Origin: Glaucostegus cemiculus
Lineage: Eukaryota
Reading direction: 5' to 3'
Assembly: GCA_976551045.1 (NCBI GenBank)
Contig: CDPCPM010000026.1
Span: forward strand, 21,948,001-22,012,000
DNA: 64,000 nucleotides
The notes beneath the pieces were generated by a model. That model ran no database searches. It was not told the origin of the DNA and was given only the letters and a program-made list of their open reading frames with translations. A program made the translations under genes and the position numbers. Shown here one piece after another: positions 49,131 to 62,050 of this stretch (position 1 is its first letter; every line of letters starts with the position of its first letter).

Positions 49131-51224
49131 GATAGGTTAAATTGTAGTTCTCAACCTTCCATTTTATATTTTTTATTCAGAACAATAATCCATTTTTCCC
49201 AATATTGTGCTTGATAACATTGTCAACTTTTTGTTACCCCTCTTGTTTTATTTTCAATTTAATAGGAATGCTGTTCACCATAAAATCATTTTTAATTAAT
49301 TCATTAAAAAGAGAGCTGGAAATAATATTAATAATGATGAATGAGGCAATTTAGCTACCTATAATTCTTGCAAGTAAAGCTATATCTTTACCAAATTAAA
49401 ATGAAAAAAAAAGTCTAAACTGAACTGGGAGTAGAGGAAACCTGATAGTTGATTTCCTCTATTTCCAGTGAAATGTGATTTTAGAATTCTGTCTGCATTT
49501 GGTATTTTAAAATGCTCAGGTTTGCTTTTCAAACTTGACTGCATTTCAAATTAGATCAGGAAGTGGGATAGAGCTTAAATGGCAGAATCATTTTACAGTT
49601 TCTATGGGGATAATGGCAATGTGTGAAAAGAAAAGCAGAAAGGTCTTTGTCCAAACTAATTCTTTATGTAACTGCTAAAGCTTTTCAGATTTAATTTGAC
49701 TATTAATACCCTTGCTACTTCCTCCATCATTAATAATGCTCTACAAAAGCTATTTTGTTGATCAGTATTTTTTTCTATGATATTCTCTGCGGTTAAAGTC
49801 TGCTGATGTTGTCTCCCATTGTTTGGTGATTTTTTAATATTTGCAGGCAGTTATTAATGTGATACCTTTCAGTTGTATGGCTTGTTTATCAGTATAGCTA
49901 ATTAATTTTGGTACCTTAATGCAGCATTTCGATGGCTATTTATTTCAGTGCATTAGAAGTAAAGAGGGAATCCAATTTACACCTACAAAGAAGTGGCAGC
50001 CTGAAATTACACAGAGCTGAAGCACTAAATTGACACAAAAGCCCCATTCATGTGAAGCAAAATGGAGTCACTCCACATGACTTCAGTTTGCTTCACTTAA
50101 CATAAGGTCTGCATTTTTCCACATTCGCAGAGCAATAGAAAAGGATTGGCCCACACAGGTACTTTGGACAGATGCCAGTGGGGTGACCACATCACCACAC
50201 CAGCATTCCTCTTTTGCTTGGAACTGCTTAACGTGCAAGGAGGGACTTTAGAGAGAATCAGGGCCAATTTTAAGTATCCTTCACAGTGAATTCATCTCAG
50301 TAATTTCATTCTGGTGTAAAGCTAGGTTGATTGTTTTTTCTTATACTAGAGCTGAAATCACTCCAGATTAACTTTTTGAAAGTTTCAAAAACTGGAATGC
50401 AAAAGATAAATGATTTGGAAGGAAGAAAGACATGCAGATTTGGATTCCTGAAACCAAACCCCTCTCAAAATAAATTCAAATTCAACATTGGTACTACAGT
50501 AAAATATTAAGCTGCAATTTGTAATCAGACAACTGCAGTTAACTATATTTTTATCTTAAACAGCTGCCCAAATGCATGTTTTGATTGATGTTCGATTGAC
50601 AATCATCACTGCCAACTCTTTTATGGAAGCATAGGAGAGGATAAGCCTTATGTTCAACATCCATAAGACAGAAGCCCCCTATCAATTTGCCCTGCACTGA
50701 TTAACTCTGCCCTCTGACAATCAAGGTTCATGGGAGACCTGAGAAAACATGGCTCAATTCTCTTATCTCTGGACTACATCTCAAAACAGACATCAACGAT
50801 AAAGTTCACTGCTTCCTGCACAAAGATGATTTTGACAAACCTGGCACAAAATTCATAGTCTATTTGGAAGCAGGGATCCTTGCCCTCCTGTGTACTTCTG
50901 GTTTATCTCCAGTTTTTGCCTCAGAGCACGGGAGAGAAACCACCAACAACTCCAGAGCCACTGGAAGGATGTGAATTAATGTCTACATCCTCTTTAAGAC
51001 CAACACCTCCAGCACTGAGACCCAAATTGCACCTGTTGTTTCCAATGGGGAGGTAGGTCATTAGTATGCTTGACTCCAGAGTCCCAAAACAGTCACTCAG
51101 AATAGAACCGATTGCTAGGTGGGCAGAGCAAAATATCCATAGGTGCTCTCAAAGCCTCTTTAAGATAATGTAACATCTGTACTGACTTTGTGAATTGCTG
51201 GCCCATGAAGACTCAAAATGAATG

Positions 51225-51572
51225 AATCCCCCCCTTCCCCACAACTCCCCCCCCACCATGCTTCTTCTCTTCTTCCCTTTCCTAGCCTCCTTTTTTCTAC
51301 CCTTTATTTCCTTTCTCTTCTTACCTTTGACCTATCCCCCAGTGGATCTGCTCTCCCTTCCTCCCCTGCACCTGCCTATCACTATCTCTTATCCGCATCT
51401 TCCTAACACTACCCAGTGCCCACCCCACCTCCCCTCTTTTGTCCACCTATCACTGCTCTGCTTTTCCCTCCTATATATTGGGCTTCCCCTTTTCCTATCT
51501 TCGGTCCTGAAGAAGGGTCCTGACCTGAAACATTGAACGCCTACTTTTCTCCAGCATCATTGTGTTTTTCAT
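51225..51572 (+). mobile_element. Penelope-like element 3' UTR/pLTR fragment (pyrimidine-rich) with hammerhead motif
   Basis: C/T-rich run ending ctatcttcggtcctgaagaagggtcctgacctgaaacattgaacgcctacttttctccagcatc; lacks an internal segment present in the 42401-42532 copy, between two CTCCA microhomologies. Confidence 0.75.
51502..51539 (+). ncRNA. Minimal type I hammerhead ribozyme motif (Penelope-associated)
   Basis: CGGUC-CUGAAGA-AGGGUC CU GACCU-GAAA-CA-UU-GAACG: intact CUGANGA and GAAA core, stem II, stem I CGGUC/GAACG with one mismatch; the loop-3 CG is CA here. Confidence 0.55.
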
Positions 51573-52709
51573 GAAGAAGGAGTGTTTGGGATAAACAGAA
51601 TCCCAGTGTAAATGACAGAAGGACCATTCCACTACCCATTTCTTGTCCCCTGGCCCATCTATAAAAGAGTCTGCTGTTCCCTCATCAGTTTTACCGGTCA
51701 CCTCAGAACACACAGAACTGGCTGAAAGCAATTCATTCTTGATCCTGAGAGACTGCCTAAAAATAAGCAAAGCAAGGTCCAACAATAACCAATGTCTCAC
51801 CACTGGACCTCCTTCATCTGCATCGAGCTGCCCAATGTTCTAGTGGTCTGGAGTAAGTGAGTGAACCCAGGGCATTAGTTTACTTCCTGGGAGTCAAGAC
51901 AACAAAGTTTATGTTTTGTAAGCATGAATCTGCAGACAGCTAGAACAAGCCAGAGATAACAGTCAGAGGATTAAAATTTAGCTCACATCACTTTCTAAAT
52001 GGTTAAGATAAATTATTTAAGACAGAAATTGAAAGCATTTACAAACAGATAGTTTAATCAAGGGCAGTCTGTATGGATTTGCTAAGAATCAAGTCATCTT
52101 TGACAAATTTAATGGAGTTTTTTTTGAAGAAATGACTGATTGAAATAATTAAGCGAATGTGGTAGATGTAGTTTACATTTTCAGAAGGCAATCAAAAGGC
52201 TCGGTGGAAGAATTCATCTGGTTGGAATTAAAGGAAAGTTGCATTTGCAGAGACAAATATTAGACTGACAAATGAGAAACTAAATAATTGCTGCATGAAA
52301 CTTTGTACCTTTTCTTTTCAGTATAAGGGCTTGATTGAGAGATCTCAATTTCAGTATATACTGGCAACAAATGCAACAATTTTGGTAGGAAGGAAGGGAG
52401 ATATAAAACCTTCAATAAGACACAGGTTAAAAGGCACACAGGGTAAAAGTTAATGTGGATGAGTGTGAGTTTCTTGAACAGAAACAAGGAAAGTTTTTTT
52501 CCCAAATTTGCTGACAATACAAAGACAAGGGGGAAATTAAGTTGTGTAGAGGACATAAAATGTAAGGGAAGCGATATCCTTAGGTGAAGCGAGAGGGGAG
52601 AAAAGATGGCCAGATGGAACGTAGTGAGGGGAAATGTGAGGTTATTGACTTTGATAGGAATAGAAAAGCAGAGCTTTATTTCATTGACAAAAAACTATTA
52701 AAATGTGGT

Positions 52710-53057
52710 GAAAAAGCTGTGAATGCTGGAAATCTGAAATTAAAAAAAAAATCAGATGCTGGATAGATTCAGCAGGTGAAACAACATTTGTGGAAAGAGA
52801 AATAGAGTTAATGTTTCTGGAGACACAGGAGACAGTAGATGTTGGAACCTGGAAAAATAAACAAACTGCTGGAGGAACTCAACAGGTTGAGCAGCATCTT
52901 TGGAGGGGAAGGGAATTGTTGATGTTTTGGGTCGAGACCCTGTACCAGCCCTGGAGCAGAGTTTTGACCCGAAACTTCAACAACTCCTTTCCCCCCGCAG
53001 GTACTGATTGACCCACTGAGTTCCTGCAGTAGTTTGTTGTTTAATGTTTCAGGTCTC
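52710..53057 (-). mobile_element. Penelope-derived element, interrupted inside its hammerhead by a second copy
   Basis: aatgctggaaatctgaaat...cagatgctggatagattcagcagg...gagaaatagagttaatgtttc, then insert, then ttaatgtttcaggtc. Confidence 0.7.
52818..53040. mobile_element. Fold-back (palindromic) Penelope-derived insert with 10-bp TSD
   Basis: TTAATGTTTC at 52808-52817 and 53041-53050; arms aaacaaactgctggaggaactca...gggtcgagaccctgtaccag and ctggagcagagttttgacccgaaac...tgagttcctgcagtagtttgtt. Confidence 0.8.
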
Positions 53058-53824
53058 GGATGTATAAATCAATATTAAATGTTGGTATTTGGAGTCATTT
53101 GAGTGTTTTTATTCTGGAGAATCAAGTAGTATTCAGGTAGAATAAGTAATTAAGAAGATACATTAAGGTTGTTCTTCATAGCAAGAGCAATGATACCTTG
53201 AAATAACTGAACAAAACTCCATGAGACCATGCCTGCAGTAGACGTTGCAGTTAAGTGAAGAAGGATAAACTTGTTTATTGAGACAATCCAACAGAGGTTT
53301 TAATAGATTGATTACTGGGATAAGAATGTTGTGTTATGGGGAAGCTTTGAACAGACTAGGCCTATTTATGGAGTCCAGAAGAGTGAGAGATGATCTCATT
53401 TGAACATATAAAATAAAATGATGGCTTGTCAGAAGATGTTTATCATGTTGGGGTGGCATAGTTTCAGTATATGTTGCTAACCACACATGGCCATGATGAG
53501 GTGGAATTTCTGCTCTCAGAAAATCTTTCTAATTACTTTCCCCAGAATGCTGTGGATATTGAGACGTTATGCAATGTTGAGATAGATTATTGGACCATAG
53601 AGGAGGCAGAGGGGAAAGTAGAGTTGAAGCTGAAGATCTGATCAGCCATCACCTTGCTGATTGGAGGGGTAGGCCACAACGGCCATATAGCTTACCCCTC
53701 CTCCTCCTTCTAGTGCTCTGATATGTAAATGGAGTATATCTCCAAATGGAAAATGGTGAAGGTATTGGTGAGGTAAAATAAACCATTCATTTGAAGTCTA
53801 AGTGCGGTCAGATAAAATCTGATA

Positions 53825-53946
53825 AAAGGTTTAGAGGGATATGGCCAAACACAGGCAAATGGGACTATCTCAGGTAGGCAACTGGGTCAGCATGGCTGAG
53901 TTGGACTAAAGGACCTTTTTTCCATGCTGTATGACTCCATGACTAT
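53825..53946 (+). mobile_element. CR1 3' tail
   Basis: ggtttagagggatatggccaaacacaggcaaatgggact...ccatgctgtatgactccatgact. Confidence 0.85.
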
Positions 53947-54049
53947 AAAAGGTTAAACTCGTAAAGCCTCTTAACCGAGAGTTTTGTCTCCAGTTATGAA
54001 CAGTTTTGATTGAGCGAATCTGCAGAGATTACTTGCTCTGGTTAGAGAG

Positions 54050-54310
54050 TCAATGATGAAGTATCATGTATAACCCAGTGGAAGTGAGGAGAGAAATTTC
54101 CTTGTTGAGAGAGAGGATTATAGAAACATTGAATATTTTGCCACAAGGGGCAGTTGAGGAAAACATTGTTATTTGAAGAAGATCTGGAAATATTTGGAGG
54201 AGTGAAAAGTAAAAGGCAATGGGGAGAAAACAGGCAATAGGATTAAACTTGGATTGTTTTAGTATAGAACTGACATGGGCACATGTCAAACAGCCTTCTC
54301 CTGTGCAGTT
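54050..54310 (+). mobile_element. CR1 3' fragment
   Basis: gaagtgaggagagaaatttcc...ttgccacaaggggcagttgagg...ggcaatggggagaaaacagg...cagccttctcctgtgc. Confidence 0.6.
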
Positions 54311-55294
54311 AAGTTGTAAACAAAAGTAACACTGGTATTTTTGAACTATTTAATGTAATCCATTAAGAGAATATGAATTAGTAGCTGAAAACATTAACTG
54401 CTTCTTTAAGGACAATTTAAAAAAAGGCAAGTTAATATTAATTTAATGAAATACATGTATCAATAATATTCATATAGACTATATTCTTTTGGATAATACA
54501 CAGCATAGAGTGGATCTTGATTCAATAATTCTAACTCCACCTTGCAGAACAAAATGATGTCTCCTGAACACACTTTCATGATACCTTGCACCATATCACT
54601 ATAACTAGTTTATAGTTAATTTACAAATCTGACCACTACTGTTCCTGTTTAACTTGAAAAGTTTTATGAGTTCAAAAGGGTCCTTTAGCTCATTTTACAA
54701 CTGCTCTAAAGACATACTTACTATGGATGAACTAATTATTACATTGACTATGCAATAATATTGTTTGTTACACCCTTGGGCAAGAAACCTGTGACGTGAC
54801 TGGCTAAAATAATAACAGTTAAATGGCATAAAACAGCTTCACCTGCTAATTTGCTTCAAGCAGGCAGTATCTTGTGTAGTATCAAACAACAATGCAGCAG
54901 AGGGTTGGTGCTATCTGACACTATTCATCTCAAGTTCTGTAAATATGGTATATTATATTTGGAAATGAATCTGGAGCTGATTTTAGCCCTGAAAAAACAT
55001 TGTGAAAATAGTACTGAAGTCTGCACCCCGTTATAAATTTTCACCTTGATTAACAGTCCTTGGCAAAGACAGGCCTTTTAAAGACAGGCAAACTTTTAAA
55101 GCACAGAATGAGTTTTGATGGCGTACATCAACATAACCGGGATAAATAATAAATAAACAAGCCAGATAACCATCAACTAATTAAACATTCAAATAAACCA
55201 AGAACAAAAACTGTGCAAAAATTTGGGTCTAGGATTGACAAGCTACACAAGATAGGTCTCCTAAAGTTTTATTCAAAGATACAATGTCACAGAT

Positions 55295-55530
55295 AAGTTT
55301 TTTTTTCCAACATGGAGATTCTTCACTCAAAAAGTTGCAAACATTTAGAATCTTTAGAATGCTTTTCCTGATAGCTGTGATTGCTCAGTGGTTGAGTATG
55401 TTTAACTTTTCTTAGATACAAAGGGAATCATGGGAAAGGGAACATAGCATGAGATGGAGTTGAGGTTTAAGATCAGCAAAGATCTTATTGACTCCAAGGG
55501 CTGCATGGTCTACTCTTCCTTTCATTTCTA
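55295..55530 (+). mobile_element. CR1 3' fragment
   Basis: ttcttcactcaaaaagttgc...gatggagttgagg...agatcagcaaagatcttattga...gggctgcatggtctactcttcct. Confidence 0.65.
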
Positions 55531-57854
55531 ACGTACATACATGAAAGGATAAGTAGTATGACAAGCTCAGAACAGTTATCAAAATGCACCCTAAGCTAGC
55601 AATAGTATCAATGGTAAAACAGCTCACTGTTGTGATTTACTTTGCTGGCTAGCTGATTGCTCTCAGACTGGCCAGTTGGATTGCAAAAGTCTTTTACAGT
55701 TCAATGGGCTGAGAGACCTGTTTCTGTGCTGTACAGCTCTATGACTCTCTGACAAGTGGGTGAAAGGTTCCAGGGATAATTGGTGATGCCAGACTGAGGT
55801 TATAGTTAGCCCAGCCTTGATCTTATTGACTTGTGGTGCAGGCTTTATAGGGTGAGTGGCCTACTGCTGGTTTTGTTGGTATCCACGGGTCAAGTTCTTA
55901 ACAGACTACTTCTTCTTTAATAGTGGAAAACGTTAAAGTTGAGCTTTTTTTGTGTCCCAGTTTAATTTTAAAACCCTCTCTGAAAGTCCTCAGACAGGCA
56001 CAATCAGTGGGAACTTGCCAGTGATGATTAACTTGATGCAAGATGTGGCCAGTTTGATGGGCAAGGCAATCTTCTGATAAAATGCTTTTTAACTCATCTC
56101 AAAGGATCATTGAAATTCAGTTTGGTCTCAATGAAACTTGTGTTTGAAAATTCAGTCTTTAATAGTGATTTGGCCGTTTTGTGGCTAATGGTCCTAAAAT
56201 AGTTAAACAGCACAAACCAACAGAAATTAAAGACCTGTGATTTTAAATGGGTCTCCACACATTCTGCAGAAACTTAGAAGAATATAATTTGGCAGTTAAA
56301 CTGCATTTGGTACAAAACAGACGGAAACAACTTGGATGGACAGGAGGTATTTTAGTAAATGGAGTATAAAAATTTGGCATTACCTTGTTTTTTCAGATAT
56401 GCAAGGAAATACACTGCAATTTTCCATTCTTATGCACTCAAAACCACTTTGCATTATTGCTGAAATGACAGTATAATTGTACCCTAAGTGATGGAAGAGA
56501 AATGTGTGTTCTACAGATGTCATTCTAATTCAGTATTAAAAGAGTTAACTTTCACTAGCATAGACACATGTTTAGGTTTGGACAAAATGCCTCCAGGATG
56601 GCATTAACCTCTATTTAGGTTTTGCACTGCACTATTTTCATTTTATTGCAATCAATAAAGCATTACAGCTGTGTGACATTCTCTGAGCAAAGAACACATG
56701 AAACAAATGCTGTTCAGTGAAAGGCTTAAATAGAAATATTTTTAAAATCTTGTCAAGCAACACGTAAAAGTGAGCCTCTGGAATAACTTCAAGTCAGCTG
56801 GAACTCAGGCCTGTGCTGAAAGATTTTCAATGGACACGAGTCCCCGAAGAAGTAACTGTTGTAAGTGGGGGAACTTGCAATGCTGAACCTAATAAATCAG
56901 ACAGAGTTGTGCCATCTGTAGACAGCAGACTGTATCCCAGAGAAACACGCTCTCCAGAGTTAATCAAAGCCTTGCAGAAGTTTCTTTTCAAGTTAGTTTT
57001 AGCAATCTTGAAAAGTGGTTAGCACCTATATTGTAATTTATTGGAGTCATTTACCATGACAAAATATGTTTTTATTATAAAGGTAAACAGATCGATTCAG
57101 CAGTAAGAAAGGCTCTGGCGAATATGAGCGCAGATATATTTTATTCTTGTAAAAACACTTTTGTGTGGACTTCCTATCACCAGTGAAAAGATTTGATTTG
57201 GTATTATTATTTAATTTGGCTTTGGTCCAAAGAGGAGAGGATAGATTTAAAATTGTAGTCTCCAGAAAGCATGTAGCCAAAACTAACACAATGTTGGTGG
57301 ACTGATGACCTGGCAGGGTTGCCTGCTGTCTTATGCCTCGGAGGTGTTATGATTCAATAATTTTATTCATTTAAAGGACTTAGAGAGGGCCATTAAGAAC
57401 AAAGGTGGAATCTCATGTAAAATGAGTTTGTGGTAGCTCAAGGGAAAGAAATTCCTTTCACCACAGGACTAGGCGCTACTGGTAGGCTCTTGAGCTACAC
57501 TGAAACCTTTATGAACAGTGGAAAAGCAAATATTGCTCATTGTAATTGAGCTGCTTCCTTCTTAGCCCGAGAAAGTGAAAACATGGAGGCTGAGATGCTA
57601 TTGTCCAAATCCAAATTTAAACGTTTGTTTAAAGATAATTACAAAAATGTCAAGCTAAATAAAAAAGCATTTAGCAATAATATACAGTAACCTTTACTGA
57701 CTTCTAAAACACTTTCAGTCGGAGTCCAGAGGAGGTAGTGACATGAAAGATTTAGATTTCTGCTGCACTCCATTTTACATTTAGCTGCTGACTGTACTTT
57801 CCACCCTCTTTGCAGTCACATCAGCTTTGTTGAGTCAGACACTCATATAGAATG

Positions 57855-58210
57855 CAGTACAGTGGAGCAGCTAGAAGAGCCGCTGCCTCACACAGTGCCA
57901 GGGACCTGGATTTATCCTGATTTCAGTTGCTGTCTGTGTGGAGTTTGCTGGATTCCCAGCTGTGACTGCATGCGTTTGCTCCAGCTACTACAGTTTCCTC
58001 CCACATCCTAAAGACATATGGGATGGTAGAATAATTGGCCATTGTAAATTGTCTCTGGTATGTAGATGAATGGTAGAATCTGGGAAGGAGATGGTAAGAA
58101 GGTAGGAAGAATAAACAATGGGATTTACATCATGTGAATGATTGGTTGAGGGTGGATGCGGATTCAATGGGCTAAAGGACCTTTTTCCATGCTGTTTCTC
58201 TATATGACCC
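57855..58210 (+). mobile_element. HE1/V-SINE-like SINE, full length
   Basis: acagtggagcagctagaagagccgctgcctcacac...gctgtctgtgtggagtttgc...cagtttcctcccacatcc...ttggccattgtaaattg...aatgggctaaaggacctttttccatgctgtttctctatatgac. Confidence 0.85.
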
Positions 58211-58559
58211 CATGGACACTTCCTAGTGGGATAATTTTCTTGATTTATTAGGTCTATTTTTGCAGCAATTAGATGATGCAGAGCTATTCTCCTCAGCATT
58301 GTCTATTCCACTAAGTTTTTCCCTCAAACTCTATAGTTGGAACAACCTTGGCCACAGAGTTTAACAGTTGCTTACCAAGATTTTAAGATCTTATGAACTG
58401 ACTCTGAATAAGTCTTCAAGCAATAATCAGCCAAACATAACATGTTTGTTATTGGAGAAAAAAAATCCAAAAAGTTATTAGGAAAAGTTGACAGAACAGA
58501 TATTTTGATAGAAATATTATGAAGACTTTCATATTTTTATATTTCCATATTTCCTGATG

Positions 58560-58675
58560 ACATAGAAGGAGGCACTTCACTCATTGGGTCTATGCAGGCT
58601 CGCAGAGCAACTGCAGTTCGCCACTAATTTTCCCTGCGACATATACTCCTTACATTCCCATCAATTCCCCCAAAC
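58560..58675 (-). mobile_element. SINE/CR1-type tail fragment
   Basis: catagaaggaggcacttcactcattgggtctatgcaggctcgcagagcaa...ctaattttccctgc; similar to 651-760. Confidence 0.6.
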
Positions 58676-59220
58676 TAAAATGAAGCACAACTTTGTATTA
58701 AGTGTTTTTCTGTTGATGTTTATTCAACTTACATTGTATCAACAGACATGTGATCTATTTGTTGTCCAGAACTCATCTGACTTCCATTGCTTAGTTGCAG
58801 TAATCGACGTTTACATTGAAAACACATGTTGTCCTGGATCTGGCCAACTGCCCAGATCTCCAGCTGGTGGTCCCTGCCCATTCATGCTCACTTGTTCCAG
58901 GTGCAGGGGGCCGATTGTGGTGACACTCCATACTGAACATGTGTCCAGTGATGTGAAACAGCTCTGAGCAGTACTGCTGTGTTCCTGACACCAGAATCTC
59001 TCAACTCTCTTTCATACCTTTCCAGTTATCAAAGGCTTTTAATGATTTTTATGTCTCTGATAGTTAAGGATACTTAAAAGACTTTTCAATAGATTTAAAT
59101 AATTAAAGAATAAGAATAATTGAAAAGCTGAAAATAAATAAAGTTAATTATGAACCAACTAAATATAAAAAAAATTAAAACATTAAAATAGGTCAAGCTC
59201 CTGCCTTTTTTCAAATGAAT

Positions 59221-59295
59221 GGGTTTGGTATTGGTATTGGTATTGGTTTATTATTGTCACTTGTACTGAGGTACAGTGAAAAGCTTGTCTTACAA
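59221..59295 (-). mobile_element. Rex1/Babar-type 3' tail, extremely truncated
   Basis: ttggtattggtattggtattggtttattattgtcacttgtactgaggtacagtgaaaagcttgtcttac. Confidence 0.8.
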
Positions 59296-61189
59296 AGCTT
59301 GTACTGCTCAAACCCCAGCCCTCTCTGGTGTAAAGATGATGGCCAGGTTCCAACCCTCTCTCAGAATATCATTGCTCCATCCTGGGCTCAATGGCAAGTC
59401 CTGTGGCAAAGCAGAATATATATCAAGTGTTGTCGCATATGTCCTCCAACTTCTCCCAAATGTCTGCCTTCCAACGCATATGGAAATGTAAAACACGCTG
59501 AGCTGCGAGTGGCCCTAGAACCAGCAAAATACCTCAGAGGGCAAGGTAGCACTGGGCCACTGTCATGCATACTTACGCTTCCTTTTGGTGAAATCTTTAT
59601 GACAGCACTGCCCACAAATGTGCAGCAAATTGAGGATAAATCCATCTGACATTAATATCTAAAAAATACCTTGAAGACCATCTCAATATGAGTAATGCTG
59701 CTCAATAATGCAGTTACGGTGGGTCATATTGGAATGTGCATATTATCTGTAATCACAGACATATAATTCAATAATATTCTTGATACACTGATTGTGTTTC
59801 AGGAACAAAAAGTGAAATCCCCCCATAGTGGTTCTGAATTTGAAAGAAATGACATGAAAATAAAAATCAAGTTATAAAAATCCAGTTGGCTTTTTCATGT
59901 GTTTTAAAGAGTAAAACCCTCCATCCTTCCCTTGTCTGGCCTATTTGTGACTCGAGTTCTTCAAAATTCTGGTCGTCTCTCAACAATGTTAACAATACCT
60001 ACTTAGAGTTGATTTGCAAAAAGGCTAAAATGTTTGAAGTGTAGTCAGTGAGAAATAACATCCTTTCAGTTCTGGAGTTTGACTGTAAACATGGCTAAAC
60101 TCTCTTCTATAATGAACTGTGATTGGTCAAACCTAAGTCAATTGGAAATGGATGAAAGCAGTCCCAGCCAAATTCTCAGGTACCGAAATGGCAATAAAAT
60201 GGGTGATGTAGGAGTTAAAAATGTCATTATGGGAAATGTTCCTTAAAGCCATACATTGCCTTTTGTTTCATGTAGACTAGAGTAGAAAACATTCTCAAGG
60301 TTAGTCTGTGACTCATTTTTATAAGACATTAGTTTCCTCACATTGTAAATTATTGGCCTGTCCCCATATCCTCAAATTATGTGGAAAAGTGTTAGATGTC
60401 CACTTCTGCCAATATTTTGATTTTTTTTTCTGTAACTGATCATGTTTAACATCCTTACAAGAGTAACTGAGACTTCATCATGTGACTTATGGATACAATC
60501 TGATTGAGCACTATCCTCAGGAACACTTGGCATAGATTCTATTGATTTGATATAATGGATAGAGTGTCACATTCAGCAGTGGAAGAGAAAGGGAGAGAGA
60601 TATAATGAGAATGGAGCACATCCCCAAACAATTACCTCTTACATCCCATCCATAGGAATGTAAATGTTTAAAGACAGGAAGTACATAGATGATTACTGAC
60701 TGAACTGCCAATTAGAATGCAAAAGTCATTCAGAATATTTAATGGGTGTGAAGTTTTTATACAGTTAATTTTGTTGGAAAAATTGGGGTAAACTTAAGAT
60801 GGTAAATTTAAATATGCAAATACAGCTGATGTTATTTCTTGTTCATTATGAACCACATCTATGACTTTTTTAAAATAATGGCCTAATTTTACAACTATTC
60901 CTATCTATAGACATCCACTGTGAAGACTGCAGAGTGAAAAGGTATCCAGAGTGAATAACGTGAAGTCTCCAGAGAGACCAATTCTACTCCAGAATTGTAC
61001 AACATGGAGCAGACTGCCTCTCTGCAAATCCTGCTGGCTCACCTCACTCCTGTGCAACATTTGAATGCTGAGATGAAATGGAAGGAGGAAAGAAAGTATT
61101 GTTATAGTACATTAACATGCCCCCAAATGCTTCAGAAATCATGTATCACTTGGCAAAGCAATTATTTTTGTTCTGGAAGATAGGTGGCG

Positions 61190-61500
61190 AACAATAAGGA
61201 GATCTTTACAAGATGAAGATATGATCATTGTAACCCCAAAGTTCTTCATAGCCACCATGAATTTTTTGAAAAGCCTTCAATATGTGCTCAGCAACATCCA
61301 AGCCATGACATTAGTAACCATTTAATCTGAGTGATGATGGTTGGTGGACTAATGTTAGCAATGAGCACTGAGACAACTCTTCTTCAGATGGCAGACTGGT
61401 AAATGTCTCATTAAAAAAGAAAGCAATGTTTTGGATTCTCTCAGTGCCACAGTAAACCATTGCCCTAGATTATCTGCCCGGAATGAAGCTTGAAACTTTC
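61190..61500 (-). mobile_element. Degraded SacSINE1/DeuSINE-like SINE
   Basis: ccccaaagttcttcatagcc...aatatgtgctcagcaacatcc...gtgatgatggttggtgg...gcactgagacaactcttcttcag...ggtaaatgtctcatt...ctctcagtgccacag...ccctagattatctgc. Confidence 0.5.
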
Positions 61501-61589
61501 ACTGTAATGACTCCAAAATTTGATTGCTAGCATTGAGTAAAGGCTGACTTATTTCTGGAGGGGTAAAACTGAAAAGCAAAGAAGCCGTG

Positions 61590-62050
61590 TTAAACTTGGC
61601 CAGAGTACACTTTGAGCACTGGTCTTCATTCAATAAAAAGATTATTGAGATGCTGAGGAGGGACAGAAAAGGATGATAGGATGATACCAGCACTGATATG
61701 CTATAACTCCCAGGAATGAATGAATCAGCTGGATCACTGTTCTCTAGAAAAATGGTGAATGAATGGTGACTCAAGAGAAATCTTTGAGATTACAGAAGGG
61801 TTAGATAGGATAGACTTTGAGGAGATATTTCTATCTACTGGGAAGATCAGAAATGAGGAAAATGATGATAAAATATCTATCGCTAATTCAATATAAATTT
61901 CAGCATCAGGTGCTTTACCCAGTTTGCTGGAAGTTTGAACACACCACCACAAGGAGTACTTGAGTTGAAGAGAGTTGATGCAATAAAAGAGAAGATGGAG
62001 AAAGGAAGAAGAGGACTGGGTTGTTGAAGAAGAATGGGAAGCAGCTTAAT
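61590..62050 (+). mobile_element. Decayed CR1 fragment
   Basis: ggccagagtacactttgagcactggtc...ctggaggag-like gctgaggagggacagaaaagg...ctggatcactgttctctagaa...ggtgactcaagagaaatctttgagattacagaagggttagataggatagac. Confidence 0.6.

Larger units (their letters stand above)
52000..53720 (+). mobile_element. Decayed CR1 ORF2 and 3' UTR with nested Penelope-derived elements
   Basis: ggatttgctaag...ttgacaaatttaatggagttttt (LTNLMEFF), gtagatgtagtttac (VDVVY), aaatttgctgacaatacaaag (KFADNTK), agaagagtgagagatgatctcatt, tail gatcagccatcaccttgctga. Confidence 0.75.
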
